Source: Raillietiella orientalis (lineage: Eukaryota). From it: a DNA stretch of 64,000 nt. Within the stretch, counting starts at the first letter, position 1. Each line of letters begins with the position of its first letter. The notes under the pieces were generated by a model that made no database searches, was not told the DNA's origin, and saw nothing but the letters and a program-made list of their open reading frames with translations. The stretch spans positions 248,001 through 312,000 of the forward strand of contig JAYWIR010000072.1 in NCBI GenBank assembly GCA_036172245.1. The letters are read 5' to 3'. A program made the position numbers and the translations under genes. Shown here piece after piece: positions 1-12,627 of this stretch.

Positions 1-1914
1 GCCGCGCAGCCCGTTAACATTCCAACTGGCCGCGCGGATCCGACGCCGACAGGCGAGTCCAGGTGTTATTCCTGGGAACCTGGCGGTGGAGCTCCCTCCA
101 CCTTTTGGGGCGGGTCGCTGGACGGGGTTGGCGACTTGCCCACCAACTCCCCATCCTTCTTTCGTGCCGACGTCTCCGGCTGCCCGTGCGAAGGGGGTGT
201 TGTTCGTACCTGTTGGCCCACATCCATTGGTGCGGGTGGTTCAGGTTCGGCGGTTTCAGAGGGCATTGCTGACCCCTGGTTACCCTTTTCCGTTGGAGTC
301 GCCTCCTCGTCGGCTTCCGCACGTGGGTGATGCCCGACTTGGGCTCCCACGCTGCCATCCACTGGTTCCTCCACCATTGGATCCCCCTCGCGCGGAGGCG
401 CAATGCACCTTCGGGGTTTCTGGGATTTTCGCCCCGCTTTCGTTGGTGGTGCTTCCGCAGAGGAAGATGCACTTCCGGCCTCCCGGTCCGACTCACCTGC
501 GTGGGCCACTTTAGCCGCTGCCGGTCTACGCAACCCCTTTCGCGAAGGGTTCTCGCGTTCGGCAAGCGTTGCCGCAAGCTCCTCGGCGGCCTTCTCGAAG
601 GCTGCGTCCTTGGTTTCGGCGATTTTGTCGTCCGGCTGACCCTCTTCGCAAACGGGGGGTGGGTTTTCGCGCGCATTCGTCGCGGCGGGAAAATCGATCG
701 AAGCCGTATCGCCTCCGGTGGTGTCGGCGGGAACGTCAATGCGCTCCAGCGTAACCGTGCATTCTCGGAGAGTTTTTACGCGCGACACGGATTGAGCTTT
801 TGTTCCGGCCGCCGCCTTCTCTCCTTCCTTCGGGACATGCTTGTCCTTTTTTTCTTTTTTGGCTTTGACTAGCTGCAAGCCCTGTTCACCCTCTGCGGTT
901 TCGGGAAGATTTTTCTCCGATGCTGCGCTTGGAGCTTGGGTTATTGGCAGCTTTTCTCGGCCAGTTTCACGGTTTTCTAATTTTTCTTTCCCCGCGCGTT
1001 TCGCTTGCGCCTTTTTGGCGGCCGAGGAAATTGGGGTGGGGCGTTTAAGGCACACGCGACGGACGTGTCCCTTCTCCCCGCACAAGTAGCATACGATGTT
1101 CGGGCACCTCTGACGGATGTGTCCGACCGCATCGCAGTAGCGGCAATACCGTGGCTTGCCAGCATACCAGAGGTCTACTGGTTCTCCCGCGACCTCAAGT
1201 TTGTGGGGTAGCTTCGCTTCGTTTTTTGGGGTTACGCGTGCCGCAGCGAGGCCCCCGAAGTGGCGTCCGTAGCCCTCGAAGATTGTGGGCTTCGGCCACA
1301 GCGCGTGTACGTCCCCGTACTTACTTAATTCTGCTTTTACGGCAGTGCGCGTCATGCGCTTGGATATTCCTGTCAAGTGGACCACTACCGAGTGGTCCAC
1401 TGACACCGGGAACATCTTACGGCCGTCCATGATCAGCGGGGTATTTATAAAGCGATCGGCTAAGCTGATGCTCTTGCACACCAGCTCAACCCGCTGCGCC
1501 CCGCTGAGCACGCACAGACCGTCCAGATCTTCCTCACGGACATTAGCATTTTGTAGCGCTCTGCTGAAAGAGCGCGCGGTGTTTCCTTCAAACAAAGGGC
1601 CTACCTTGTATACAAGCGATGGCTTGTATTCAGAGGCCCGATAGGCGGCTTCCTCGGCCATGGCCTCCGCACTGGGGGCGGCGACCATTTCACTCCAAGT
1701 CTTCGCCGGCTGCGAAGACGTTCCAGGGACTATTGACCCCATAGATGTAGGTCCTGTGGTAGGACTTGCCTCCCCCACAACCACATCCCTCGCGGTGTCC
1801 TCTGGCACAGCTGCCATCGGACACCGACGACCCACACTTAACACCTGATTACACTAAAAAAAACTCCGGTTGCTTCCCAGACAGGCGCAGGCGGCGCGAC
1901 CAAAAAACACGTCC
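1..1914 (-). mobile_element. Non-LTR retrotransposon family A, 5' part (5' terminus, ORF1, start of ORF2); continues beyond the window edge
   Basis: 5' motif GGACGTGTTTT at 1914-1904 (minus), intact ORF1, then the ORF2 frame TPGLACRRRIRAASWNVNG running off the window start. Confidence 0.9.
66..1817 (-). CDS. LINE ORF1 (gag-like nucleic-acid chaperone), intact, ~583 aa
   Basis: Open frame from ATG (MAAVPED). Two knuckles, CRYCDAVGHIRQRC and CYLCGEKGHVRRVC, follow an RRM-like segment; low-complexity K/E/P tail; directly upstream of an APE N-terminus. Confidence 0.9.
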   Translation of the reverse strand: MAAVPEDTARDVVVGEASPTTGPTSMGSIVPGTSSQPAKTWSEMVAAPSAEAMAEEAAYRASEYKPSLVYKVGPLFEGNTARSFSRALQNANVREEDLDGLCVLSGAQRVELVCKSISLADRFINTPLIMDGRKMFPVSVDHSVVVHLTGISKRMTRTAVKAELSKYGDVHALWPKPTIFEGYGRHFGGLAAARVTPKNEAKLPHKLEVAGEPVDLWYAGKPRYCRYCDAVGHIRQRCPNIVCYLCGEKGHVRRVCLKRPTPISSAAKKAQAKRAGKEKLENRETGREKLPITQAPSAASEKNLPETAEGEQGLQLVKAKKEKKDKHVPKEGEKAAAGTKAQSVSRVKTLRECTVTLERIDVPADTTGGDTASIDFPAATNARENPPPVCEEGQPDDKIAETKDAAFEKAAEELAATLAERENPSRKGLRRPAAAKVAHAGESDREAGSASSSAEAPPTKAGRKSQKPRRCIAPPREGDPMVEEPVDGSVGAQVGHHPRAEADEEATPTEKGNQGSAMPSETAEPEPPAPMDVGQQVRTTPPSHGQPETSARKKDGELVGKSPTPSSDPPQKVEGAPPPGSQE

Positions 1915-4909
1915 ACCCACACCGGCTTTCGGCGAAGGGCTGAGGAACGACCGGGCATACCACCACGCCCGTCTTTACTCTAGGACTCCCGACGTTCGAC
2001 GCCTGGCGGAGTATAAAGCTGGGGCTGAGCGACAGACCTGGCAATCCGGGTCGCCCAGCTTGCTGGACGCTCAAGGCCAAGAATGCTCAGCTCCGGCGAG
2101 AATAAACCGCATCCTGCGGGACTATTACTCCTGCTTGTACGCGCGTAGAACAACAGAGAACGCCGTGGCGCAGCGCCTGCTGCCCCAAGGCGCCCCCCCG
2201 CTGCAGGAGGAGCAGGCACATGAACTCGCGGAGCCTTTCTCGATGGCGGAGATCGTCTCCGCCATCCGAATGCTCCGAAAGAAAAAGAACCAAAGAAAGA
2301 CGGTCTGCCCGCGGAGTTCTACCAAGGCATCGTGGCGGAGCTGGCCCCTTGGCGCATCGGGTATGCATGCTGCTCCGAGAACAAGGGGACGTCCCCAAAT
2401 CGTTCCGGTCAGCGAGAGTACGTCTCCTACCGAAAGGAGGAGACAATCGCAACGTAGGCAGCTGCCGTCCCATCACAGTAGTGAATGCGGATGCGAAGTT
2501 GCTTGCCAAGCTTTGCGCTGAGCGACTGGGACGGGTGGCGGAATCCGTGGTCAGTCCGTAGCAGACATATGCTGTTCCCGGACGAAGCATGGAGGCCAAC
2601 CTGTTCCTCGCCAGTACATGGTGGCAGTTGCAACAAAGCGAAGACCAGAGAGGTCAAGAGCATCCTGGATTCTCCTCTGACCATGGAGGGGACGCCATTC
2701 ATGGAAGAGCCGCGCCCGGTGCCCTTGCGGTCGCAGTCGATCTGCGTAAAGCGTTCGATTGCGCCGACCAGGAACTGCTTCTGGGGCTCCTGGAACGCTT
2801 GAGATTCCCGGCCGTCTTCCGGGCTTACCTGCGCTCCTGCTGGCGCTTCGCTCTGATAAACATCTCTTTTAGCGGCCGGCACGTGTACGGCGTGCCGGTT
2901 CGGCGTGGCATAAGGCAGGGTGACAGTCTGAGCCCCATGCTCTTCAGCATCTACTTCGAGCTGGTGCTGAGGGCATACAGGGAGACTCTGGCAACCCTGC
3001 CAAGCTCGTGTCCCGGCACGCCTGGCGTGTAGGCCTACGCCGACGACCTTCTGCTCCTGCTCCCCGGGTCCACCCCGGCGTCGGCGCTCGAAGATTTCTT
3101 TGAGTTGCTGCGCCGCGGGACGGGCCTCGAGGTGAACAGAGAGAAAACTTCCATCGTTCCAACATCACCACAACTTTTCAACAGTACGGCGTGGGCCGGA
3201 TGGCCGGACTGGATCCGCTTGGGGATCCCCACGGGCAGGTGATTCAAGTACCTTGGCGCTCCGTTGAGGGACTTCTGCGTTGCAGAAGCCTGGTCCGACC
3301 GTCTCCAAAAGGTGGAGTTGGCGATCGGCCCGTTTCGGAACGGCAAGTTTTACTTGCAGGAGCATGCGGCGGTGTGGAACGCATTCGCGGCCCTCCTCCT
3401 CCGCCCCTTACTTTTTGTTTGTCCCGCCCCTCTGACCATACAGGGACGGACCAAAGCCCTCTTGAGGACTGCCCTTTGGGGCACAGCGGGGTCGCGATTC
3501 CGATTGAAAGACTTTTGCGCTCCACGCAAGGATGGTGGCTTGGGCCTCCTTACGTTGGAGCGCATCCAACTTCAAACAACAATTCGAAAGTTAACCCTTG
3601 CGGCTAGCTTATGGATGACGCCATGGTGCCATCCTGCACGGCTCCTCGCCAGAAGAGTGACCGGCTGCGGAGGATTGTCCTCGATCCTCGTGGGCTACCA
3701 GCGCAGCCTCTCCAACTGTGGTTTCGATTTGCGCCAGATGGTCTCCCTGATGAGGGAGAATACCTGGATCTCCTGCATTCCCGCGAACTGCACTTCCTGG
3801 CTTCAGGAGTCAGCTTCCGCGTGGGCTAAGATCAACGGAACGAGCGAGGCGGAATACAACTGCCTACGACGAGGACCGTACGCTCGACAGCCGCTGCAGG
3901 ATTTTATCAACACGCCCCGGAAGTTTCTGTGGGCTTCTTTCAGCCCCCTTGCCCCCGTTCTGTCTTACCTGAAAAACAGTAGGAGCAGCAACGAGCTGGC
4001 ATCGTGGGAAGTGTCCTGCCTCATCCGAGGCAGGAAAAAACCTTTAAAGGCGTGGACGACTCAAGAGCTCACGGACGCTGCCACTCCGAGCGTCCAGCCT
4101 CACGGACTTGCGCGCTGGGGAGAGCTGCTCGCAATATCTCCGTAGGAGGTAAAGTGGCTTCCAGCGTGTTGGGATTGCGGCACACTTCCGTTGAAGTGGC
4201 AGAAGACGGCGTTGCTATTTCTGCACTCGGGACTGTTAAGCAGAGCACCCCTGTCTCACTGGACACTGGGGGATGTGGATGCCCGCTGTGTCGAGTGCGG
4301 AGAAAGAGAAACCTTCCCGCATCTCACCCTCGAGTGTGTCGCCCTGGATGGACTCTAAAGTCGAATCGCCCCAATCCTCCATCTTCCAGTAGGCGACCCT
4401 AAGGAAATTTACCGTCGCCTCTTTCTGCGTGACGGCCTGCGCCCCGCTGCGTCTCTAGCAGTCCTCTGCTGCGTGCGCGGCATTGTGCTAAGGTGGCACG
4501 CCAGAAGAAGAGGCCCAAGATGCAGGGACGCCATCCACTGGACGACGATCTCTTTAGAGAAGGCGACAAGGTGGCGTCTACCTTTCAGAGTTAAAACAGA
4601 ACTTGACTGCATCCTTAACAGGATGCGGAGGACCGACCCAGGCGCCCAGTGATCCCTTCCCTGCCCGCCCTCCTCCCCATACAACTGTTTCCCTCCCCGT
4701 TATCTCTCTTTTTGTTGGTTGTTGTTCTAGTTTTCCCTTCCCATGCGCCTCGGGAATGGACCTAACCGGTCTATGCACAGGTAAACTACACGTCGAGCAA
4801 GGTGGGAGAACCCAGTGTTTCCCCACATAAAACATCTTTCTAAAGACTTCATTATCTAATTTTTGTAAAAAATTAGAATAATAAATGCCCTGGCATATCC
4901 GGGTGGCAA
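1915..4909 (+). pseudogene. LINE family B, 3' part: linker + RT + C-terminal zinc finger + 3'UTR, disrupted
   Basis: RPITVVNADAKL, AVDLRKAFD, GIRQGDSLSP, AYADDL, FKYLG and CVEC...HLTLEC are spread over several frames, with stops near 2559, 3030, 3240 and 4143. Ends in the terminal hairpin at 4880-4909. Confidence 0.9.
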
Positions 4910-5975
4910 ACTTCGGCTGGGGCCGAACATTCCTGGCCCTTGTCGTCTATCAGGCATGCTGCTCCGGACTGCCAGACCTGACGCTCGGCCCTCTCCTTGT
5001 ACTCCGCGAGACGCTCGACATCCGCGCGTCTCGAAAACGTGCGGGCCTGAAGAAAGTCTCTACTGTTGGCCACGCCCTCTCCGAAACCGCGTGGAAGCCG
5101 GTGCAAGGGGAATTGGCAACAGAACTCGCGGACAGATCTTTTGAGATCGTCCCAGTCCGCAAGTTCTTGAATGGCAAAGCCTCGGAGGTATCCACGTAGA
5201 TGCTCCGCAGCCTCCGGTTGGCTAAGCCAATCCGCCTGCATCCTCCAGTTTTGCAACGGAGGCCCCCTGCCTGTCGGAAGGATCTGAAACTCCAAGCTGT
5301 GGTGGTCAGAATGCCTAGTCAACAATCTTCCTCTCCTACCCACACGCGAATGCAGGTTTTCATCGAGGAAAACGTGATCGAGCGATTTTTCTATTCCAGG
5401 TTTGCTGACCATCAAGTTGGCGGCGTGCACGGACGCGCACATCTCGATGGCAAGCGCGCGTTCCCTCGGGCGGCTCCAATCCTCGGAGAGCAGGCGGACG
5501 TTGAAGTCCCCATCGACGAGGTGCGCCACTTGGAAGCCGGAGTTGTTAAGCCAGGGGCTCTTAACCTCACCAAGGAAAGCTACTCTTTCTTCAAGGTAGC
5601 GAGAGCCACTCGGCGCGTAGACGTTCGTAACGACGAGATCGATGGACTCGGTCCACTTAATGACAAGCTGGCCTATCCGCCCGTCGTCATCAAAACGAAC
5701 AGTACGCTCCGCTTACGCTATTTTTCCTCTTACAAGGAACGCGACGACGCACGTGTGTGCGCCGCTGCACCGCCAATGTAGCGTTCCGCCTGCGCGCTCC
5801 TCGATTTTGGCTGCCTCCTCGTCGGAGATTACGTGAATCTCCTGCAGGAGCTCGAGTTCGAAGGGGCGCAGGGCGTTGGCTACTAATCGCCTCTTTTCGT
5901 CGTTCTGTAGTCCGTTCACGTTCCAACACGTTACGGACAGACGACCAGAAGACGCGATTCCTCGCTTTTCTGCTG
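4910..5975 (-). pseudogene. LINE family C ORF2 5' part (APE endonuclease + linker), cut at GQECSAPAEV
   Basis: CWNVNGLQ, LLQEIHV, GDFN, LDHVFLD and SDH motifs in ORFs 5713..5919 and 4873..5529. Confidence 0.88.
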
Positions 5976-7885
5976 GGAAGTTGGCGGCTTTTTGCTCGCT
6001 TTATCCAGCGAGCAGACGGCGAGCAGCACTACTGGCTGGAGGGGACGGTCACCACCGTCCTGCGTCGTGCTGCATGCATGTAATGCCTCCACGCCAGGCT
6101 TAACCCCGTCGGGTTTCGTGGAAACTTCGCGTTGCTTCGGGGCGAGCGTTGCCTGGCTGCATACTTTTCATCGGCGCGCACACGCTTTTGAACGAGTTGT
6201 CCTCGTCTCGGTGATCGGAACGGCATCCATTTCGGAGTACGACCGGCGCTTGTTCGATCGGGTTTCGGCCTTCCGCGAAGTAGAAACAGGTTCTACTGGA
6301 TTGACAGCTGTCCTGTTGTCGTTTTTCGTCACCAGAGCATCGCTTTTGGTGACGGCTGCTTTCCCGGCGCGCGCGTTTTCAACGTGCTCACGCGCAGTTG
6401 CACGAGGGACCTTTGCTGAAGTCTTCTTTACTTCATTACGGTTCCTCACTTCGCGTGGCGCCGTAAATAAAGATTGTGCTCCATTGCCATCTTTGAAGCC
6501 ATTCGCGTCTTTAGACGGGAGCACTTTCAATGACTGCGACACGCTCGTCATGGACGCTGTCTTCGAAAGGGCTATTAATCCCTTCGTTGGCATGGCATTC
6601 GCGTCAGTCGAGAGCTTTTTCTCCGACTGCGACGGCGTAAGATTTTTCTCCGCTTTCGCGGTGTTGGAACGCGACGCGGATTTTTTTTCGCCGACTTCCG
6701 AAGACGACACGGCACAACTCTTCTTACCCGATTTGGGCTTCTCAGCCACTGCACGAGGTGAAGGAAAGGATCTCACGGTACTGGAAGTGTCGTTACCGCC
6801 GTGGTTTATCGGCTTCCCGCCGGTTGCTCGAACTCCGAGAGAGCCGGGCGTGCTTGGGAAGGACAGCTAGTGCGCCTAGGGGGACTTACCATTGCCCGGA
6901 TTCCCCGCACCCTTTCTTTTGCGGCTCCCCTGTCGCGATAGGGGCGCGCAGGGCTTCGCGTGCGAGGTTTCCTGCTGCTTTCGGGCGACATTGCGCCTCG
7001 CGTCTTTACGGAATTTCTGCCGTGAGGTCTCCAGGTTTTTTGCGAATTTTTTCTATTCATCCGCGCTTTGTTTTTGAAGATGGAGCTATGCGGCTGCCTT
7101 TTTTCGCCAAAGATCCTCCAATTTTTCAATTGGTGCCCGGATAGTTTGCAATAACGGCATTTTCCAGAGGGGGATTTATATAAACAATGCCCTTCCTTCC
7201 CGCATTGCTCGCACGTTCTTACTTTGCCCACGAACCACAGGTGAACGACCGTGTCTTTCACCTGTAGTATAATGGGCAGCAGACGGCGTTCCGGCATTGT
7301 AAGCCGGACTCCAGCGACTCTGCTGTGTATGGACGAGAAGTCCTTGAGGCTGCTACGCACCCTCAACAGCGCATGGACCGTGGCGAATTTCGCTAACGCG
7401 TTCCGAATATCAATATCCGAGATTTCCGACCCGATGTCGAAAATCTCCGCCACAAATGAGTCGTCCATGGCGGCCGGGAAGACCTTCTGGGCATGGATCG
7501 AAAAAGGGGTGCGCAGCAAGCGTTGCACAAGTGCAGCCTCTTTGCAACGCACCTTGAAATAGCCCATATCCTTTACGGGCATAATGGGGAGGAGGTTTTC
7601 CTTTCGCACGCCAGCACGGGCCAGTTCATCGTTGGACTGATTCCCGTCGCGCGCAGAAAGAAAACCACTCACCTTATATCGGAGAGCAGGTCTAGAGCCT
7701 TGGGCTACGTATGCCTGCAAATCCGACTCGTCGAGTGGTTTCCCTTTGACGGCTGCTGTGGCAGCAACGTCAGCAAAACTCCTCTCCATTGGCGAGGAAC
7801 ACGAAGTGGAGGCGGCCGTAGCTTCCGCGATTGCATATCCGGATGCTGTTCCTCCAACTTCAGTAGCTTCGGGTTGGGTCGACAT
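5976..7885 (-). pseudogene. LINE family C ORF1, frameshifted
   Basis: ORFs 6806..7909 and 6168..6776. CEQCGKEGH and CRYCKLSGH knuckles; ALRYKVSG motif related to the other ORF1s; 5' motif GGACGTGGTTTT at 7957. Confidence 0.85.
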
Positions 7886-7957
7886 CTTCGTCAAAATGTA
7901 CGACGCCAAGATAAAGCGGATGAAAGCACGGAGACGAGAGCGAAGAAAACCACGTCC

Positions 7958-8432
7958 GCACTCGATTGAAATCTCCGGCTATCAGGTGAGCCTTTCGCAC
8001 GTTAGTATCCGCCAGCCAGTCGCGCTTCAGGGTTTCCAGCAGCCCGGTGCGGCTGCTGTCTCCCTGTTTTCCGTTGGGTGCGTACACATTCGTGACGATC
8101 AGTTCGATGGAGTCGGACCAGCTGAGAATCAGCTGACCGACCCGAACGTCGTCAGCGAAGCGCACGCCCTTCACGGCAGCGTCGGTGGCTGGCTTCAAGA
8201 AGAACGCGACCCCGCAGGTGTTGCGGGCGCCGCATCGCCAATACAGTCGACCCCCCGCGATCGTCTCGATCTTCTGGACGTCTGCCGAGGTGATCACGTG
8301 GATCTCCTGCAGCAGGGCCAGGTCGAACTCACGCAGGGTGTCGGCCGTATCTCGCCTGTTACCGTCGTCGCGCAGCCGGTTTACGTTCCAACAGGCGGCG
8401 CGAATCCGATGGCGACTAGAGAGGCCAGGTGT
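7958..8432 (-). pseudogene. LINE family A APE N-terminal half, cut at AGDFN
   Basis: ORF 7860..8297 is nearly identical to the start of the intact ORF2 (IETIAGGRLYWRCG...HLIAGDFN). Confidence 0.9.
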
Positions 8433-10161
8433 TACTCCTGGAAAGATGGCGATGCGCCGTCCGCCACCTGTAGGGGCTGGACGAAAGATGGAGGAGGAGG
8501 GTAAGGCGCTGACTGCAACTGTTCCCCCCCTTCTATGGGTAACGGCGCCTCGAGCGGGTCATCCTCAGGTGGATTCGCGCCTACCTGTTATCCCTCCTCC
8601 ATGGGAGGTGCTGTTCAGGCTCGGCGACTGCAAGGAGGACTTCGTCCCCCTGCTCACCCTCCTCCATGGGGTGGCCGGCCCGACGGCTTCCGAGGGTGAG
8701 AGTTCCCCCTCCGGGATTCCCACGCTTCCGCTACCTTCCTGCTTCTCCTCCTCGCTGGTAGAGGGGAGGCGCCTCCTGGGTCTCTGGGAATTGCGTCCCG
8801 ACTTCCTGAAGGGTGCCTCCGAGGAGCAGGATGTACTTTCGGTTACCAGATCAAACTCACCTGTGGGGCCTTCTTCGCCGGAGCCGGCCTTCGCACGGCC
8901 TTGCGCGAGGGGTTCTCACTCTCGGCCAGCGTGGCCGCGATCTCTTCCGCCGCCTGCGCAAACGCAGTGTCTTCGGCTTCGACCGTTTGCTCCTGTTTGC
9001 ACAGAGGGTTCGCCGTCGCGAACCTCGGGCACGGCGGAGACGGCGAGGGGTGGTTCGTCGCCCCGGGTGGCAGTCTCGGGAACGGTTACGCGTTCCAGTG
9101 CCACCAAACATTCACGCAGAGTCTTGGTGCGCATCCCAGGTATTTTATTTTGCCGGCTGTCTTTTTTACCGCCTTCGCGGGTTCCGCAAGGGGCACCTTG
9201 TTTTCCTTTCTTGCCTTAACCAGCTGCCAGCCGTCCTGGACTCCCGCGTCTTGGGAAGGTTTTTCTTCCGACGCCTGTGTGGGAGGAACAAGGGCTTGCG
9301 GTTGCTGCCGGCCAGTATCGCTTTTTGGCCTTTCGACCAATTTTCCGCGTCTTACCTGCGCTTTCTTGGCGGCAAACGGCACCGGAGTGGAGAGTTTAGG
9401 GCACACGCGGCGTACGTTGGCCTTCTCCCCGCATTAGTGGCACACAATGTTCGGGCACCTCTTACGAAGGTGTCCTACTGCGTTGCAGTAGCCACAAAAG
9501 CGGGGTTGCCAAACTTACCAGAGTTCTACGACTTCGTCATTAACCTCTAGTTTGTGGGGAAGCCCACTATCCTTCTTAATTGTCACACGCGCGGCGGCCT
9601 GCCCTCCGAAAAGTCTATCGTAGTCATCAAAGATTGTGGCCTTTGGCCATAGCGCGTGTACTTCGCCGTATTTTTTCAGCTGATCACCAACCGCATACCG
9701 CGTGATGTGGCTGGTGATCCCAGTCAGATGGACCACTAGGGAGCGGTCTATCGTGACTGGCAGGATCTTGCGCATGTCCACGTTCAGCGGGGTAGTGATG
9801 AAGCTTTGCGCAAAGTTCATGTCCTTCCAGACAAGCTCGACGCGCTGACCCCCGCTGAGCACGGATAGACCGTCAATAGCCTTCTCTAATACGTTGGCGT
9901 TCTGCAGCGCCTTCAAAAAAGCGCGTGCAGTTCGCCCGTCAAAGAGATTGCCTACCTGGTACATTAAGCTGGGCTTGTACCGAGCTGTCCGGTAGGCTGC
10001 CATCTCGGCCATGGCTTGCGCGCTAGTCGCGGTCACTATGGCGCTCCAGCTCCTCGCCTTGGGCGACGAGAGGGATTCCGGGGCGTACGCCCCTTTTTCT
10101 GTAATCTGTGGGGGTAGGCAAGGCTTCCTACACCTACCTCCATCGTGATTTCTCCAGGCAT
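8432..10161 (-). pseudogene. LINE family A ORF1, disrupted
   Basis: ORFs 9515..10288, 9086..9406 and 8916..9134 align with ORF1 66-1817 (AAYR..YKPSL, HALWPK, LPHKLEV, KTLREC). 5' motif GGACGTGTTTT at 10256. Confidence 0.88.
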
Positions 10162-10256
10162 CGCTGATATCGGAAAACAAAGATGTTCCACACAAAAAAC
10201 TCCACAAAAAACCCGCTTCCTTTCGACTCACTCGGGAGCGACGGAAAAACACGTCC

Positions 10257-11746
10257 GCTCGCCACGGATTTAAGGAGGGGGCTCGCAACCATACGGCCTA
10301 TTTACAGGCCCGACGGTACGAGAGGACCTCCAATGTCCGTCGACTGACCGAATATCAAGCCGGGGCCGAGCGTCAAGCATGGAAATCAACCCAACAGCCA
10401 AAGAACCCATAAACAAAGAGCATCAGCCTGATTCCCTTACCATTGCCAAAATCCTCTTTCTTCATCCATGACATGGAACACGCTCTGGTGCGCTCCAGCC
10501 CGCATCCTCGCCAGCCGTGTATGCACGACGCAAGGACTCGCGACTTTCCTTCTGTGCCCCGGCAGGAAGGTCAGGAGATGCGGCCTCCTCCTTGGACGCA
10601 TCGAAGCCCTGGTGGAAGAAAACGGCTGGACGATATGCAGCCCCGCCAACTCCTCCGCTTGGCTAGAGGAATCCGTTGCGACGTGGGCCAACCTGAACAA
10701 CCCAGGAACCGAAAATTGGAAACGCCTGCGATTCGGCCCCAACGCCTGCTGCACCCTACGGAGCACTCTAGAGTGTCCCGCCAAGAGCACGTAGGCGGAG
10801 ATCACCCCTTTAGATTCGACGCTTTCTTCCTACGCAGGGCGCTAACCAGCGGCTGGACGCCAAAGTGACAAGTTTCCTGCCGAATCGCAGGAAAAGGAAA
10901 AAAGATGAGCGGTTGGACCATGGGAGAACTGGCAGACGCCACGACCCTTAGTGCCCCCCCGCGTGAATTTCTGAGATATGTTGAGCTGCTCGGCATCCCG
11001 AAGGATGACCTGAAGTGGCCTCCAGTTCTCATCGGATCCAGGCTTCTTCCTCTAAAGTGGCAAGAGACGGAGCTGCTACTGTTGCACTGGGGTCTACCCT
11101 GCAACGCGCGCCGCTTCCTCTGGACGCGGGGAAGTGTAAGGCCTGAGTGTGCCAGGTGCGGGGAGGGGAAGTCGCTCCTCTACCTTGTATTGTATTGTGA
11201 TGCCCTCCGACCCCTTTGGGAACGGTTCGGGACGGCCCTCGGTCTCACTACGGGCAGTTAACACAGAGACGTTTTCCGCCTCCTCTTCGTGCGGGACGCC
11301 CTGCAGCCAGCAGCAGCCCTCGCAGTCCTGTGCAGCGTTCAAGGCATCGTGGCGGCATGGAGCGATGCCAGCAGCGAAGATGTAGATTGGAACGAGAGGG
11401 AAGTCATCCAGCACGCAGTACGCTTTTTTCGGAGAGCTGCCCAATGGCCACATCTGGGAAGAATGTGGACAGACCTAGAGGGCTTCCTTCGACGGATGGG
11501 CCCTCTGCATAGCGTCCGGTGATCTCTTCCCTTCCCTGCAAATTTTTTTTTTTTTTTCTGTTTGTTTATGCCTTTGATTTTTCTTTTTGTTTTTTCCTTC
11601 ATCCCCTTTCGCTGTCGGGGAGTGCCACGTCGGGTTGCGTCCTGGTGTCTCGACAAGTGGCGTGTCTCAGGCCGCAGTGGAACCTCATACCACCGAAGGT
11701 AGAGAGTTTTTTTCAAATCAACGCTCCAAGCATACTCGGGTGACAA
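10257..11746 (+). pseudogene. LINE family A 3' part with the RT core deleted (linker fused to C-terminal domain) + 3'UTR
   Basis: GARNHTAYLQAR linker to ~10390, then WCAPARILAS...LPLKWQE...CARC...RRMGPLHS. The 3'UTR matches that of the element at 40476-40680. Confidence 0.88.
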
Positions 11747-12627
11747 CACCAAATCCCTGGGGCAGGCTGTGCACAGGAAACTCCTCGCAGAACTTGCGGA
11801 CCGAAACCATGAGGTCTTAGAATTAGAGATTCCGGAGGATGACGCCTCCCAGTACTTAGCGGAGATGTTCCGCCGCACCCGAGATGCGCGTCTTGTCCCC
11901 GAGGGACACGCGACTCCCTGGATGGTGGTCCTTTGTCGCGAGGCATAACCTCGAATATCAACCGGAAATGGTCCGATAGCGTCGACGGAAGTTTCCCTGG
12001 TCTGCCGACCCGTGGGCACAGGTTGGCGTCAAGCAAGACGTGGTCTACGCTTTGGACAATTTCCGGTAGGTCCCCCAACAAGTTGCGCGTGCGCATAGCA
12101 GTGCACAGCTCGTTGGCTGAGTCTTTTTGTCCGCAAGGCACACCTGAGAGCAGGCGGATGTTGAAATCCCCATCGATCAGATGCACTTTGCATACGTTTG
12201 TATCCGCCAGCCAGTCCCGCATCAGGGTTTCGAGGAACCGGAAACGTTCCCCGTACCCGCATCCTCAGCTCGAAGCGTAGACATTGGTCACTACATGGTC
12301 GATCGATTCGGATCACCTAAGGATGAGCTGGCCATCCCGACTGTCGTTGTCGAAGCGTACGTCCTTGACGAAGGCGGCAACTGCTGGCTTCATAAAAAAG
12401 GCGACGCCACAGGTGTTGCGAGCGCCGCATTGCAAAAACAGACGACCCTCTGCGATCCTTTCGATCTCCTGGGCTTTCTCCGCGGTGATCACGTGGATCT
12501 CCTGCAGGAGCGCCAGGTCGAATTCGCGCAGGGTGTCGGCCGAATCCCGCCTGTTGCCGTCGTCGCGCAGCCCGTTAACGTTCCAGCAAGCTACGCGGAT
12601 CCCACGGCGACAGGCGAGTCCAGATGT
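11747..12627 (-). pseudogene. LINE family A-like APE domain, cut at SLPQGFG
   Basis: CWNVNG, LLQEIHV, GDFN, VDHVLLD and SDH; ORF 11713..12222. Confidence 0.88.

Noticed and set aside
1..4909. Twin-priming 5' inversion as the explanation for head-to-head ORF1(-)/RT(+) pairs
   Set aside because: It could fit this one pair. In the other pairs the breakpoints of the two halves do not meet (AGDFN vs GFGEG; GFG vs the zinc finger), and the halves can belong to different families. Nesting explains the junctions better. Not fully excluded.
5992..6870. 292-aa plus-strand ORF
   Set aside because: Antisense shadow of a low-complexity ORF1 tail; no motif.
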